A stretch of 64,000 nucleotides of DNA from contig JAMPCH010000001.1 in the NCBI GenBank assembly GCA_023666265.1, forward strand, positions 87,808 to 151,807, written 5' to 3'. The position numbers were made by a program, and so were the translations under genes. The notes beneath the pieces are model-generated. The model was not told the origin of the DNA, searched no databases, and saw only the letters and a program-made list of their open reading frames with translations. This document shows, piece by piece, positions 50,070-60,098 of this stretch (position 1 is its first letter; every line of letters begins with the position of its first letter). The stretch is from Roseburia sp. (GTDB lineage Bacteria; Bacillota; Clostridia; Oscillospirales; Ruminococcaceae).

Positions 50070-50745
50070 ATGATAAAAAAGGAACAGTCGAGAACGGCAC
50101 AAGTGGAAATATTCAGCGTAGAAGAGTTCGTCCTGCGGGATCATCTGCTGAGAAAATAGACATCGTGGTGGATTTTACGCGTATTTATGATTTCGTGGAC
50201 GACCTGTACTGCCACGACAACGGCAGACCCGGGATAGACCCCGTCGTGCTGTTCAAAATGGTTCTGCATCAACATCTTTACGGAATTCCCTCGCTTCGGA
50301 GAACGGCGGCGGAGGTCAGCATGAATGTAGCATACCGGTGGTTTCTCGGATATATGATGAACGAACAAACGCCCCATTTTTCAACGGTCAGCCGTAATTT
50401 CAAGCATCGGTTCAGTAAGGAGACGGTTGTGATAAAAACGAATATGTCCTTGATACGGTGATTGTGCCGGGAAACATTCACGACAGCGTCTCGTTCGACC
50501 CGCTTTATGACAGTCTGACGTCGCACTTCCCGCAAGTAAAAACATTGTCGCCGACGTGGCATACAAAACGCAGCGGATCTGCAAAAGGATCATAGACGAC
50601 GGGAGGATCCCCGTACTTCCCTACAAAAGACCGATGAGCAAAAAAGGATTTTTTAAACCGTATGAATTTGTACTTGATGAATATTTCGATTGCGTAATTT
50701 GTCCCGAAAATAAAATCTTAGGCTATACAACTATCTACAGAGACG
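50070..50745 (+). pseudogene. IS1182-family (DUF772 N-terminus) transposase pseudogene with A-run frameshifts, probably an internal deletion, and 3' truncation
   Basis: MIKKEQSRTAQVEIFSVEEFVLRDHLLRK|IDIVVDFTRIYDFVDDLYCHDNGRPGIDPVVLFKMVLHQHLYGIPSLRR...AYRWFLGY...PHFSTVSRNFKHRF, then after a frame switch VPGNIHDSVSFDPLYDSLTSHFPQVK, then after another IVADVAYKTQRICKRIIDDGRIPVLPYKRPMSKKGFFKPYEFVLDEYFDCVICPENKILGYTTIYRDG. Sense is lost beyond about 50745. Frame switches sit at gagaaaatag (~50150) and gataaaaacg (~50440). Confidence 0.75.
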
Positions 50746-50858
50746 GGTTCCTTGCTAAATCCGAGTGTTTCTTCGATTTCTCGATGCGTATATCCCTTTT
50801 CCAACATCTCCTCGATTTCCTTTTCGTACTGCTTTATGTGTTTGTAACTTCTTGGCAT
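50718..50858 (-). mobile_element. 46-codon HTH ORF fragment resembling the N-terminus of IS30-family transposases, truncated
   Basis: Minus strand: RBS aaaggagg, then MPRSYKHIKQYEKEIEEMLEKGYTHREIEETLGFSKEPVSVDSCIA*. The pattern YKH[IL]..(E)(K/R)..I.....G.T..EI...LG resembles the N-termini of IS30-family transposases (family assignment tentative). The ORF stops after 46 codons and abuts the IS1182 remnant. Confidence 0.4.
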
Positions 50859-51005
50859 AGCAAAAGCCTCCTTTGGTTCTATTTTACCACAGGAGGTCTT
50901 TTTTGTCTATGTCTGTCTTTACCGGTTCGGTTTAGTCATTTGTATTTAGCGGAATGTCACTCTCACTCAATCAATTTTGACTTTTTCGACAAGCTGAATC
51001 TTTAT

Positions 51006-52673
51006 TTACTTTTGAACGGCTTTTTGATCCTCCTCGCGGATCTGGACGCGGCGGATCTTTCCGCTGATCGTTTTGGGGAGTTCCTCGACGTATTCGATCA
51101 CGCGCGGATATTTATACGGCGCGGTATTCTTTTTTACGTAATTCTGAAGCTCCTTAGTAAGCGCGTCGCTCGCGGTATAGCCCTTCGCGAGAACGATCGT
51201 GGCTTTTACGACCTGTCCGCGGATCGGGTCGGGCGTTCCCGTGACGGCACATTCAAGAACCGAAGGGTGTTGGATCAAGACGCTTTCGATCTCGAAAGGT
51301 CCGATCCGATAGCCGCTCGCCTTAATGACGTCATCGTTCCTCCCGACGTACCAATAATACCCGTCCTCGTCGCGCCAAGCCGTATCGCCGGTATGATAAA
51401 CGCCGTTACACCATGTCTCGTTCGTCAGCTCCTCGTCCTTATAGTAACAACAGAACAGACCGTCTTTCCCTCGTTCCGCGCGGATCACGATCTCGCCGAC
51501 CTCACCCGCATGAACCGAAACGTCGTTTTCGTCGACAATATCCACCTCGTAAAGGGGAGAAGGCTTCCCCATTGAGCCGGGCTTTGGCGTTGTTCCGACT
51601 AAATTCGCGAGGATCACGGTGGATTCGGTCTGACCGAACGCCTCCATCAGCTTTAAGCCCGTAAATTCGAGCCAGCGGTTATATACCTCGGGATTCAGCG
51701 CCTCGCCGGCGATCGCACTATATTTCAGCGAAGAAAGATCGTATTTTTCAAGTCCTTCCTTAATAAAAAAGCGATACATCGTCGGCGGCGCACAAAAAGA
51801 GGTCACCTTATATTTTTGTAGAATATTCAACATATCGGACGGGACAAACTTATCGAAATCGTAAACAAAGACACAAGCCCCGACCGACATCTGACCGAAA
51901 AGCTTCCCCCAAACCGCTTTTCCCCAGCCGGTATCGGAGACGGTCAGGTGGATCCCGTCGCTGTCCACATTCTGCCAATGTACGGCGGTCTGGATATGAC
52001 AAAGGGCATAGCGGTGGTTATGGACGACCATTTTGGGGTAGCCGGTCGTTCCCGAGGTGAAATATAGCAGCATATGATCGTAGGAGCTCGTCTCGATCCG
52101 CTCTAACGAGGACGGGAACTTTTGGATCTCATCGTCGAAGGAGAGCCAGCCCTCTTTTTTTCCGTTCGCGATCATTTTTATGAGGGAGATATTCAACTCT
52201 TCCTCCGCCTCGTCCACGAATTTTTCTATATCGGGGTTATAGCCGGTACAGAGAATGGCTTTGACCTCGGCGCTTGTAAAGCGATACGTAAAATCGTGGG
52301 TGGTGAGGAGGTGCGTCGCGGGAATGATAACGGCGCCGATCTTCATCAGTCCGATAAAGGCGTACCAAAATTGATAATTCCTTTTTAAGACGAGCATGAC
52401 CTTATCGCCCTTACGAATCCCGAGGCTTAAAAAGAAATGAGCGGCTTTTGACGAAAGCTCGGAGAGACGCCGATAGCTGAATCTCGTCTCATTCCCCTCG
52501 AGATCGACGTGGAGCAGGGCGGGGCGATCCGGGTTCAGCTCGCCGAAGCGGTCGATGATGTCATAGGCGAAATTATAATTCTCGGGGCAGCTCAGCTCAA
52601 AGCGATCGAGTATCCCGTTTTCGTCGAAGCCCTCCGTAACAAAGCGCTTATAATAATTTTTGATTTCTTCCAT
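51006..52673 (-). CDS. AMP-dependent acyl-CoA synthetase/ligase
   Basis: YFTSGTTGYPK AMP-binding motif. 555 aa. C-terminal GKI.R lysine motif. Confidence 0.85.
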   Translation of the reverse strand: MEEIKNYYKRFVTEGFDENGILDRFELSCPENYNFAYDIIDRFGELNPDRPALLHVDLEGNETRFSYRRLSELSSKAAHFFLSLGIRKGDKVMLVLKRNYQFWYAFIGLMKIGAVIIPATHLLTTHDFTYRFTSAEVKAILCTGYNPDIEKFVDEAEEELNISLIKMIANGKKEGWLSFDDEIQKFPSSLERIETSSYDHMLLYFTSGTTGYPKMVVHNHRYALCHIQTAVHWQNVDSDGIHLTVSDTGWGKAVWGKLFGQMSVGACVFVYDFDKFVPSDMLNILQKYKVTSFCAPPTMYRFFIKEGLEKYDLSSLKYSAIAGEALNPEVYNRWLEFTGLKLMEAFGQTESTVILANLVGTTPKPGSMGKPSPLYEVDIVDENDVSVHAGEVGEIVIRAERGKDGLFCCYYKDEELTNETWCNGVYHTGDTAWRDEDGYYWYVGRNDDVIKASGYRIGPFEIESVLIQHPSVLECAVTGTPDPIRGQVVKATIVLAKGYTASDALTKELQNYVKKNTAPYKYPRVIEYVEELPKTISGKIRRVQIREEDQKAVQK

Positions 52674-52726
52674 TGTCCGATTTCCTTCCTCGTATTTTTA
52701 AAAGCCGTTTGTCGTGAGAGATCGTT

Positions 52727-53281
52727 TCAGATCAGGATCGCGAGCAGTTCGCAGTCGCCGTCGAGCGCGATCATTCCGTGAGGATTCGCGCTGTCGAAAT
52801 AGATACAGTCGCCCTCGTTCAGATATTCCGTTTTGTTTCCGATCATAAATTTCATTTTACCCTTGATGACGAATTCCATTTCCTGCCCCTCGTGTACGGA
52901 TAGGTGAACGGGCTTTGTACGGTCGGGTTCATAGGGGACGTGTACCATGATCGGTTCGATCTTTTTATTTTTAAATAAGTACGCCATATGCTGATAGGTG
53001 AGTCCGATCCTTCGCTCGATCGGAAGTCCTTCGCCCTTACGGACGAGCGAATAGGTCTGGAGCGTCGGGGTCATACCCGTTAGGAGCTCGACCATTTCGA
53101 TCCCGAGCGCTTGGGCGCATTTATCCAGCTCGGAGAGCGAAAGATCTTTTTCGCCGTTTTCATAGGCGATATATTCGCTCGGGTCGATCTTTGCCGCCTT
53201 CGCTACCTCTTCTACCGTAAAATCGAGACTTTCCCGGGTCGCTTTGAGCCTTGCGGATACTTCGCTGATGTCGTATTTCAT
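52727..53281 (-). CDS. XRE-family HTH transcriptional regulator with C-terminal cupin domain
   Basis: N-terminal HTH (LKATRESLDFTVEEVAKAAKIDPSEYIAYENG). C-terminal cupin (G.EMEF...G......G.....L.EGD.IYFD...PH). Confidence 0.8.
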   Translation of the reverse strand: MKYDISEVSARLKATRESLDFTVEEVAKAAKIDPSEYIAYENGEKDLSLSELDKCAQALGIEMVELLTGMTPTLQTYSLVRKGEGLPIERRIGLTYQHMAYLFKNKKIEPIMVHVPYEPDRTKPVHLSVHEGQEMEFVIKGKMKFMIGNKTEYLNEGDCIYFDSANPHGMIALDGDCELLAILI

Positions 53282-53397
53282 AGCCTTTTCCTTTCCGTTT
53301 TGCGTTATACGATTTATGAGTCGACGTTTTTATGAAAAAATCGTCAAAAATCGACATATAATGTAATTATAGCACATAATTCGGGAAAAAGCAATCG

Positions 53398-54024
53398 TTA
53401 ATTTTTGTATTTACAAAATTCTTTTAGGGTACATTGTCCGCAGTCGGGCTTTCGCGCGGTACAGACCTGTCTCCCGTGGTGGACGAGCCGATGACACATC
53501 AAAAGTCCTTCCTCGGGCGGGACGATCTGTGAAAGCTGCTGCTCCACCTTTTTTGCGTCCTTACTGTCGGTCAGCCCGAGGCGGTTCGTGAGGCGTATCA
53601 CGTGAGTATCACAGACGAGCGCGGGCTTACCGTAAAGGTCGCCGCAGATCAGGTTTGCGGTTTTTCTTCCCACCCCAGGGAGCTTTGTCAGCTCCTCGAT
53701 CGTATCGGGGACTTTCCCGTCGTATTCGTCCCGGAGCTTTTTACACATTTCGGAAATATCCCGTGCCTTTGTTTTATATAGACCGCAACTGTGGATATGC
53801 GCTTCGATCTCGGAGACCTCGGCACTTGCGAAGGCGTCGATCGTTGGGAAATCTCGGAACAGCGCGGGTGTGACGAGGTTGACGCGTTTATCCGTACACT
53901 GGGCGGATAAACGAGTGGCGATCAGGAGCTCGTGCGGTTTTTCGTAGATCAGCGCGCATTGAACATCGGGGTAACCGATCCGAAGCAATTCAATGACTTT
54001 CAGCGCCTTTTGTTTTTTTGTCAT
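53398..54024 (-). CDS. nth: Endonuclease III
   Basis: HhH-GPD (LPGVGRKTANL) plus C-terminal 4Fe-4S cluster C-x6-C-xx-C-x5-C. Confidence 0.92.
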   Translation of the reverse strand: MTKKQKALKVIELLRIGYPDVQCALIYEKPHELLIATRLSAQCTDKRVNLVTPALFRDFPTIDAFASAEVSEIEAHIHSCGLYKTKARDISEMCKKLRDEYDGKVPDTIEELTKLPGVGRKTANLICGDLYGKPALVCDTHVIRLTNRLGLTDSKDAKKVEQQLSQIVPPEEGLLMCHRLVHHGRQVCTARKPDCGQCTLKEFCKYKN

Positions 54025-54052
54025 AGTATCCGTCCTTTCACGTGTTTTAAGG

Positions 54053-55576
54053 CTACATCAAGGGTGAGAATATTTTAAGGAAAGCTCGGACGATCTGCGT
54101 CCTCATCGGGATATTCTTAAAGAAATCGGGCGTGATCCTTTCCGAAGCGGAAAGCGCCTTAAAAAACGAATCCTGCGCCTGTTTTACCGCTTTAGAGCGG
54201 TACATCCATACGCCGTTCTCAAAGTGGAGATAAAAGCTTCGAAAGTCGAAATTACAAGTCCCGACGATCGCGGTCATTCCGTCGCTGATGATCATTTTGG
54301 TATGCATAAAGCCGGGTGTAAATTCATAGATCTCAACGCCGTTATCGATCAAGCCCTGATAATTGGAGCGCGTCATCTCAAACACCATTTTTTTATCGGG
54401 GTGATGCGGCGTAATGATCTTTATGTCGATCCCGCTTTTCGCCGCGCGGATCAGACAGCTCTCCATCGTGTTATCGAGGATCAGATACGGCGTACAGATA
54501 TAAACGCTCTCTTTCGCGCTGTCGATGACGTTGATATAAGCGTTCTCGTGGATCATCTCCTGAAAAAGCGGTTCATCCGAAAAGGGGATGACGAAGCCGT
54601 CGTTTTTCGCCTGATAAGCGGGGAGATATTTGTTAAATTCGGGCTTTTCCTGTGTGGTGAAATACCACATCTCGAGGAAGAGGACCGTTACCTTTTTGAC
54701 CGCGTCTCCGTCAAGCTTTACGGAGGAATCTTCCCAAAACCCGAAGCGTTTTTTTCGGTTAATATACTCGTCCGCGATATTGATCCCGCCGGTATATGCC
54801 GTTTTACCGTCGATGATCGCGAACTTACGGTGATCCCGATAATTTAAAAACTGGTCGAGCGAGGGCTTATAGGGATTAAAGACAGCCGTCCGAATCCCGA
54901 GCTTTTCCATTTTTTCGGGGAAATCGGAGGGGAGGAGGTTGATCGTCCCGATGTCGTCGTATAATAGTCGTACTTCGACGCCCGCAGCGGCTTTTTTTGT
55001 CAGGATCTCCAGCGTTTTACGCCACATCTCGCCGTCGCCGATAATAAAGTATTCGAGGAAGATGAAATGCTCCGCCTTGTTAAGGTCGACGACGAGCCTT
55101 TCAAAAAACAGAGAGCCGGGGTTTAAAAATTCCGTCTCGGTAAAGGCGTAGATGTTGCTTCGGGAATTGTTGATGATATAGCTCGCCTCCCGCTTTAAAT
55201 GCGCGTTTTTTTCTCCGATCATATTTAAAAGCTCGTGATCAGCCGTGATAATGCCCGCCGAGCTCTCGACCGCGTTTTTGAGCCGCTCGGTGTTCTTTTT
55301 GTTGAGATGGTTTCGCCCGAACAGGATATAGAGGAGAGCGCCGCCGACCGGGATCGAAAGCACCGGGATCAGCCACGCGATCTTAAAGCTCGAGTTATAG
55401 TTTCGATCCACGATCGCGAGGACAAGAAAAAAGTCGATGACGAGAAAGAAGAAAAAGATCGGGACGGAAAGCGCGGAAAGAAAGATCGCCGGAAGGACGA
55501 TCAATAATATTTGGATCAGGATCAGCATACTTATGATAAAAAGCCTGCCGGTCAGGAACTTGAATATTTTTCTCAT
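54053..55576 (-). CDS. cls: Cardiolipin synthase (phospholipase D family)
   Basis: Two N-terminal TM segments and two HKD motifs (HRKFAIIDG..., HTKMIISD). 507 aa. Confidence 0.9.
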   Translation of the reverse strand: MRKIFKFLTGRLFIISMLILIQILLIVLPAIFLSALSVPIFFFFLVIDFFLVLAIVDRNYNSSFKIAWLIPVLSIPVGGALLYILFGRNHLNKKNTERLKNAVESSAGIITADHELLNMIGEKNAHLKREASYIINNSRSNIYAFTETEFLNPGSLFFERLVVDLNKAEHFIFLEYFIIGDGEMWRKTLEILTKKAAAGVEVRLLYDDIGTINLLPSDFPEKMEKLGIRTAVFNPYKPSLDQFLNYRDHRKFAIIDGKTAYTGGINIADEYINRKKRFGFWEDSSVKLDGDAVKKVTVLFLEMWYFTTQEKPEFNKYLPAYQAKNDGFVIPFSDEPLFQEMIHENAYINVIDSAKESVYICTPYLILDNTMESCLIRAAKSGIDIKIITPHHPDKKMVFEMTRSNYQGLIDNGVEIYEFTPGFMHTKMIISDGMTAIVGTCNFDFRSFYLHFENGVWMYRSKAVKQAQDSFFKALSASERITPDFFKNIPMRTQIVRAFLKIFSPLM

Positions 55577-55756
55577 AAATACCCCCGTTAAAAGTAGACG
55601 TTTTTGTAATGAAAAGGTAGAACCCGGATAAAATATATTATACAGGAAGCGGAAAAAATAATCAAGACTTTTTCAAAGAAAATGGAAGAAATCGAAAATT
55701 TTGAACGGTAGGATCGGGTTCGGCGGAAAAACCGTTCATCATTTTCGAAAAGATGT

Positions 55757-55785
55757 TGACAATTTCGAAAAATACCGTTATAATT
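55757..55785 (+). promoter_or_regulatory. Perfect consensus promoter TTGACA-17-TATAAT for the CaCA antiporter gene
   Basis: ttgacaatttcgaaaaataccgttataat. Confidence 0.65.
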
Positions 55786-55826
55786 GTCATAAGATGTTGT
55801 ATCACCGCGAAAGGATCGTTAAAAAA

Positions 55827-56837
55827 ATGGACATATCAAAACAACTCTTGAATTATATTTCGGAACTTACGGCGGATAACGGCGCGGTCGTGGTCGTGAC
55901 CGCCGCCGTGATATTGATCCTCGGCTTTGTCATGCTCATTAAGGGGGCGGATCTCTTCGTCGACGGCGTGTCAAAGGTCGCGGCAAAAATGAAGATCCCG
56001 CTGATCGTGATCGGGCTTACGATCGTCGCCTTTGGGACAAGCGCGCCCGAGGCGGCGATCAGTATCAATTCGGCGGTACAGGGGAACGCGGGGATCTCCG
56101 TCGGAAACGTTGTCGGGAGCAATATCATGAACGTCCTCTTGATCCTCGGTATATCGGCGCTTTTCGCACCGCTTCCCGTTAAAAAGACGACTTTTCGCTA
56201 TGAGATACCTTTCGTGATCTTGATCACGATCATTTTCGCCGTTCTCGGGACGATCGGCGGGAGTATCGGTAAGCTCGACGCGATCCTGCTTTTGGCGCTG
56301 TTCGCGCTGTTTTTTGTGTATCTGATCTTACTGTCTAAAAAAGGAGGAGACGCGGGCGAGGACGTTCCTGCCCTTACCGAAAAGGACACCGTCCCGAAAA
56401 TGATCGTACTGATCTTGATCGGGCTCGTCGCGATCGTCCTCGGGAGCGATTTTACCGTTACGGGCGCGACCGCGATCGCGGAAGCGCTTAGGGTAGACGA
56501 TCGGATCATCGGTTTGACGATCGTCGCTTTTGGAACGTCTCTCCCGGAGCTTGTAACCTCGGTGACCGCCGCGCGAAAAAAACAGACCGACATCGCGATC
56601 GGGAATATCATCGGAAGCAATATTTTTAATGTTTTATTCGTGGTCGGGTTGGCGGGCGTCGTATCACCGATCCCGATCGATTTTTGGGCAAGCTTCTTGG
56701 TCGACAGCTTGATCGCGGCGGCGGCGGCGCTCTTACTTTGGCTTTTGGTAATGAAGGATCAAAAGCTCTCAAAAACAGGCGGTATCGTGATGCTGGTCGG
56801 CTACGCCGCGTATTTTATATACCTTATCATGAATTAA
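55827..56837 (+). CDS. Sodium/calcium exchanger (CaCA family, YrbG-like) membrane protein
   Basis: Two alpha-repeat motifs GTS.PE (IVAFGTSAPEAA and IVAFGTSLPELV). 10 TM segments. Start at MDISKQ. Confidence 0.88.
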   Translation: MDISKQLLNYISELTADNGAVVVVTAAVILILGFVMLIKGADLFVDGVSKVAAKMKIPLIVIGLTIVAFGTSAPEAAISINSAVQGNAGISVGNVVGSNIMNVLLILGISALFAPLPVKKTTFRYEIPFVILITIIFAVLGTIGGSIGKLDAILLLALFALFFVYLILLSKKGGDAGEDVPALTEKDTVPKMIVLILIGLVAIVLGSDFTVTGATAIAEALRVDDRIIGLTIVAFGTSLPELVTSVTAARKKQTDIAIGNIIGSNIFNVLFVVGLAGVVSPIPIDFWASFLVDSLIAAAAALLLWLLVMKDQKLSKTGGIVMLVGYAAYFIYLIMN

Positions 56838-56891
56838 CCGTAAAATTTATTCCTGTTTTGTCAGAATAGGAACAGAAAGGGTCGGAAATAT

Positions 56892-58268
56892 ATGGAAGAA
56901 AAAACAGAACTCGAACGTTTTATTACTGCCCCCGACGAAGAAGAAGCTTCGGGCGATCGGGAGGAGGCGGAGACGGACGAGGTAAGCGTCAATGATACAG
57001 TTCTCAAACGGGAAGGGGAAGCTCCTTATGGTGAGGAGACGAGCTCCGAAGAGGAAGAGGAGCTTTCCGAAGAGAGAGAAGAGCTTCCCGAGGAGGAAGA
57101 GGTTTTTTCCGAAGCGGAAGAGACTTTAGCGGACGAACCCGAGCCGACGATCCCGACGGATCAATCGATCGCGGAGACGGAGACGATCCTTCCCACAGAG
57201 GAAAAAACCACAACGACAGAGACGGACGGATCATGGAGATCGGCGGGAAAGCCGCGTTCCGCCGCCGTCGGGCTCGGGATCGCCAACATCGCGGTCGCGG
57301 TTTTAACGCTCGGGACGGTCGCGGCGAGCTTTCTCTTTTTTAAAGAGAGCCTCTTGTCCTTTCAGACCGAAACGGAAGAGCTTCAACAGAAGATCGATTC
57401 GCTCGAGGAGGAAAAACGGCTTCTCGAATCGGATTACATAGAGGTCATGAATATTTTAGAGGAAGAGCCGGACGACAGCGCCGTTTTATCGGGGATCGAA
57501 GCCGAATCGGGAAAGATCTTGATCTACGACTCTTCGGTCGGGTATTCGTGGATTCCCGTTTTATCGGAGCTTCCACAGCATAATTATCGAAAGAGCGGTT
57601 TTTTTGTGGACGAGCGCGGACGAATGCGCTATACCGAGCGTGGGGAAGCCTCGTCCTACTTCGGGATCGATGTTTCGTCGTACCAGGGAGATATCGACTG
57701 GCAGCTCGCGAAGGAAGACGGGGTCGAGTTCGCGTTCCTTCGGATCGGTTATCGCGGATATGGCGAAGAGGGAAAGCTTTGTGCCGATGAGAAATTTGTT
57801 CAAAATTACGAGGGCGCGCATGACGCGGGGATCGACATCGGGATCTACTTTTTTTCACAGGCGATAACGTCGGAGGAGGCGGCGGAAGAAGCGTCCTTTT
57901 TATTGGATCTCCTCGACGTGAGAACGCTCGAATACCCGATCGTATACGACTGGGAAACGGTCGTAACACCGGAGGACGATCCGCCGCCGCGAACCGAAGA
58001 CGTTATGCCGCAGACCCTAACGCTCAGCGCGATCTCTTTTTGTGAAGCGATAGAGGACGCGGGTTATGAGGCGATGATCTATACAAATAAAAAACAGGCG
58101 GTCATGAAGTACGACCTTCGTCAGCTTAGAGCGTACCCGGTATGGCTCGCGTATTACGATACGAATTTAAATTACTGCTATGATTTTGATGTATGGCAGT
58201 ACGGAACGGGGTCGGTCGACGGGATCGAGGGAGAGGTCGACCTAAATATCGCCATGATCAAGCGATAG
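56892..58268 (+). CDS. GH25 family muramidase (lysozyme) with poly-acidic N-terminal region, one TM segment and a coiled coil
   Basis: C-terminal GIDVSSYQGDIDW...F.FLRIGYRG... (GH25 signature). N-terminal approximately 100 aa highly E/D-rich. Confidence 0.8.
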   Translation: MEEKTELERFITAPDEEEASGDREEAETDEVSVNDTVLKREGEAPYGEETSSEEEEELSEEREELPEEEEVFSEAEETLADEPEPTIPTDQSIAETETILPTEEKTTTTETDGSWRSAGKPRSAAVGLGIANIAVAVLTLGTVAASFLFFKESLLSFQTETEELQQKIDSLEEEKRLLESDYIEVMNILEEEPDDSAVLSGIEAESGKILIYDSSVGYSWIPVLSELPQHNYRKSGFFVDERGRMRYTERGEASSYFGIDVSSYQGDIDWQLAKEDGVEFAFLRIGYRGYGEEGKLCADEKFVQNYEGAHDAGIDIGIYFFSQAITSEEAAEEASFLLDLLDVRTLEYPIVYDWETVVTPEDDPPPRTEDVMPQTLTLSAISFCEAIEDAGYEAMIYTNKKQAVMKYDLRQLRAYPVWLAYYDTNLNYCYDFDVWQYGTGSVDGIEGEVDLNIAMIKR

Positions 58269-58271
58269 GCT

Positions 58272-59087
58272 TTATGAAAGCTTTTGGTATACGGCGGAGC
58301 AGAAATGGATCTGTGTTTTTAGGCTATTAAGATCATTCAGCTTTTCTTTATCCTCGCGCGAGGTCTTATAATAGTACGGCGTCATGGAAAATAACGAAAG
58401 GATCTCTTTGTTTGTGCATAGCTCGATCGTTTTGTGAACGTTTTCCGAGGAGATCAAGGCGAACCCGTCGATCTCGGGGTCGGAGACTTCGTTTTTATAC
58501 GGTCGTTCATAGACCGCTTGTTTCAGCTCCCAAAGATGTTCACGAAGCGGATAAGCGGTAATAAAACAGCCGTTCTCCTTGAGCAGGCGGCGGTACTCGA
58601 GGAGCGAAAAGGGCGCGAAAAACGATAAAATAACATCACAGCTATGATCGGGTAAGGGAATATCGTATACGGTCGCGACGGCGAGCTTTAGTTCCTTACA
58701 TCGTCCCGCGCCGACGGATACGGCTTCCTTTGAAACGTCGATCCCGTAAAACTCGGTTTCGATCCCGTCTTTTTTCAGCGACTCGTACAGATTGGCGGTA
58801 TACCAACATTCCCCACAGCCGCAGTCTAAGATCGTACAGCCTTTTGTCGCGACCGATCTCAGCTGTCTGTCGATCACCGTCAAAAGCGGGCGATAATATC
58901 CCCGATCAAGGAAATCCTTCCGCGCCCGAACCATGAGTTTATCGTCCCCGTGGCGGGAGCTTTGGGAGCGAAGGAGGTTCAGAACGCCTTTTCGCGAGCG
59001 GTCGAAGCAATGACCGGCGGCGCAGTAAAAGCTGTTTTCTTTTTGGGAAAGTTCGGTTTTACAGATCGGACAAATATAATAGTTCAT
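58272..59087 (-). CDS. rlmA: 23S rRNA (guanine-N1)-methyltransferase RlmA-like class I SAM methyltransferase with N-terminal Zn ribbon
   Basis: CPIC...C...H.FD..R.G N-terminus. ILDCGCGEC SAM-binding motif. Confidence 0.75.
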   Translation of the reverse strand: MNYYICPICKTELSQKENSFYCAAGHCFDRSRKGVLNLLRSQSSRHGDDKLMVRARKDFLDRGYYRPLLTVIDRQLRSVATKGCTILDCGCGECWYTANLYESLKKDGIETEFYGIDVSKEAVSVGAGRCKELKLAVATVYDIPLPDHSCDVILSFFAPFSLLEYRRLLKENGCFITAYPLREHLWELKQAVYERPYKNEVSDPEIDGFALISSENVHKTIELCTNKEILSLFSMTPYYYKTSREDKEKLNDLNSLKTQIHFCSAVYQKLS

Positions 59088-59302
59088 CTCGAAAACTCCT
59101 AAAGATTATTTTCTGTTTATTATTTTATTATAAGAACCGCACGCCGTTAGCCGAATCAAAGATTCGGACGGCTGAGCGAACCTTGAAATATATGATCGCC
59201 GCTTGACGCGGCGCGGCGGCTTGCGCCGCCTTGTTGGAACTGCGTTCCAACTCATATATTATAGTCTTTTTTGGACAAGATGTCAACCGAAAGGGGGATT
59301 TT

Positions 59303-59995
59303 ATGTACCGTTGTGTTTTATTTGACTTGGACGGGACGCTTTTAAATACGCTGGAAGGGTTGGCGGACGCGGGGAACTACGCGCTTTCGGAACTGAGCCT
59401 ACCGACGCATCCGATCGAGTGCTATCGTTCCTTCGTCGGGAACGGTATCCCGAAGCTGATCGAGCGTATGCTTCCGCCGAATACGGAAAAGGCGATCTTT
59501 GAAAAAGCACACGATCTGTTTTGTTCTTATTATGATATACATATGAATGATAAGACCTTCCCGTATGACGGGATCGCCGCGCTGTTAATGCGGCTGAAGG
59601 ATTCGGGGATCAAGCTGGCGGTCATTACGAATAAAGCTCATTCCTTCGCGGAGGGAATGCTTCACGCCGCTTTCGGCGATATTTTCGATATAATTTTCGG
59701 GAGCGTCGAGGGGAAGCCCAAAAAGCCCGATCCTTACTGGGCGCTTCGGGCGCTGGAGACACTCTCGATAAAGCCCGAGGAGGCGCTTTATGTCGGCGAC
59801 AGCGGAGTGGATATGAACACCGCGAAAAACGCGGGGATCGTTTCCTGCGGCGTTTTATGGGGATTTCGCGATCGGGACGAGCTGATCGGGAACGGCGCAA
59901 AATATCTTTGTAAAAATTCCGAAGAATTAGCCGCTTTGATTTACGGAAAGGATCAGGTATCGTCAAATTGCTATGAAAACAGAGCGGATTATTGA
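59303..59995 (+). CDS. HAD-superfamily hydrolase (phosphoglycolate phosphatase-like)
   Basis: LFDLDGTL motif I, ITNK motif II, GDS.VD motif IV. Confidence 0.85.
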   Translation: MYRCVLFDLDGTLLNTLEGLADAGNYALSELSLPTHPIECYRSFVGNGIPKLIERMLPPNTEKAIFEKAHDLFCSYYDIHMNDKTFPYDGIAALLMRLKDSGIKLAVITNKAHSFAEGMLHAAFGDIFDIIFGSVEGKPKKPDPYWALRALETLSIKPEEALYVGDSGVDMNTAKNAGIVSCGVLWGFRDRDELIGNGAKYLCKNSEELAALIYGKDQVSSNCYENRADY

Positions 59996-60098
59996 TAATT
60001 TTTACTGATTATGTATAATTGCTATTGCTTTTTTATGATAAATATGCTAAAATACACATATAGGTTTTTATAACGTTACGGACGCATGATTTTGGGTG

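Noticed and set aside
50556-51575. 339-aa plus-strand ORF
   Set aside because: Only the first roughly 65 residues are a real IS1182 transposase segment. The remainder is antisense read-through across the IS30-like stub and the 3' end of the acyl-CoA synthetase gene on the other strand.
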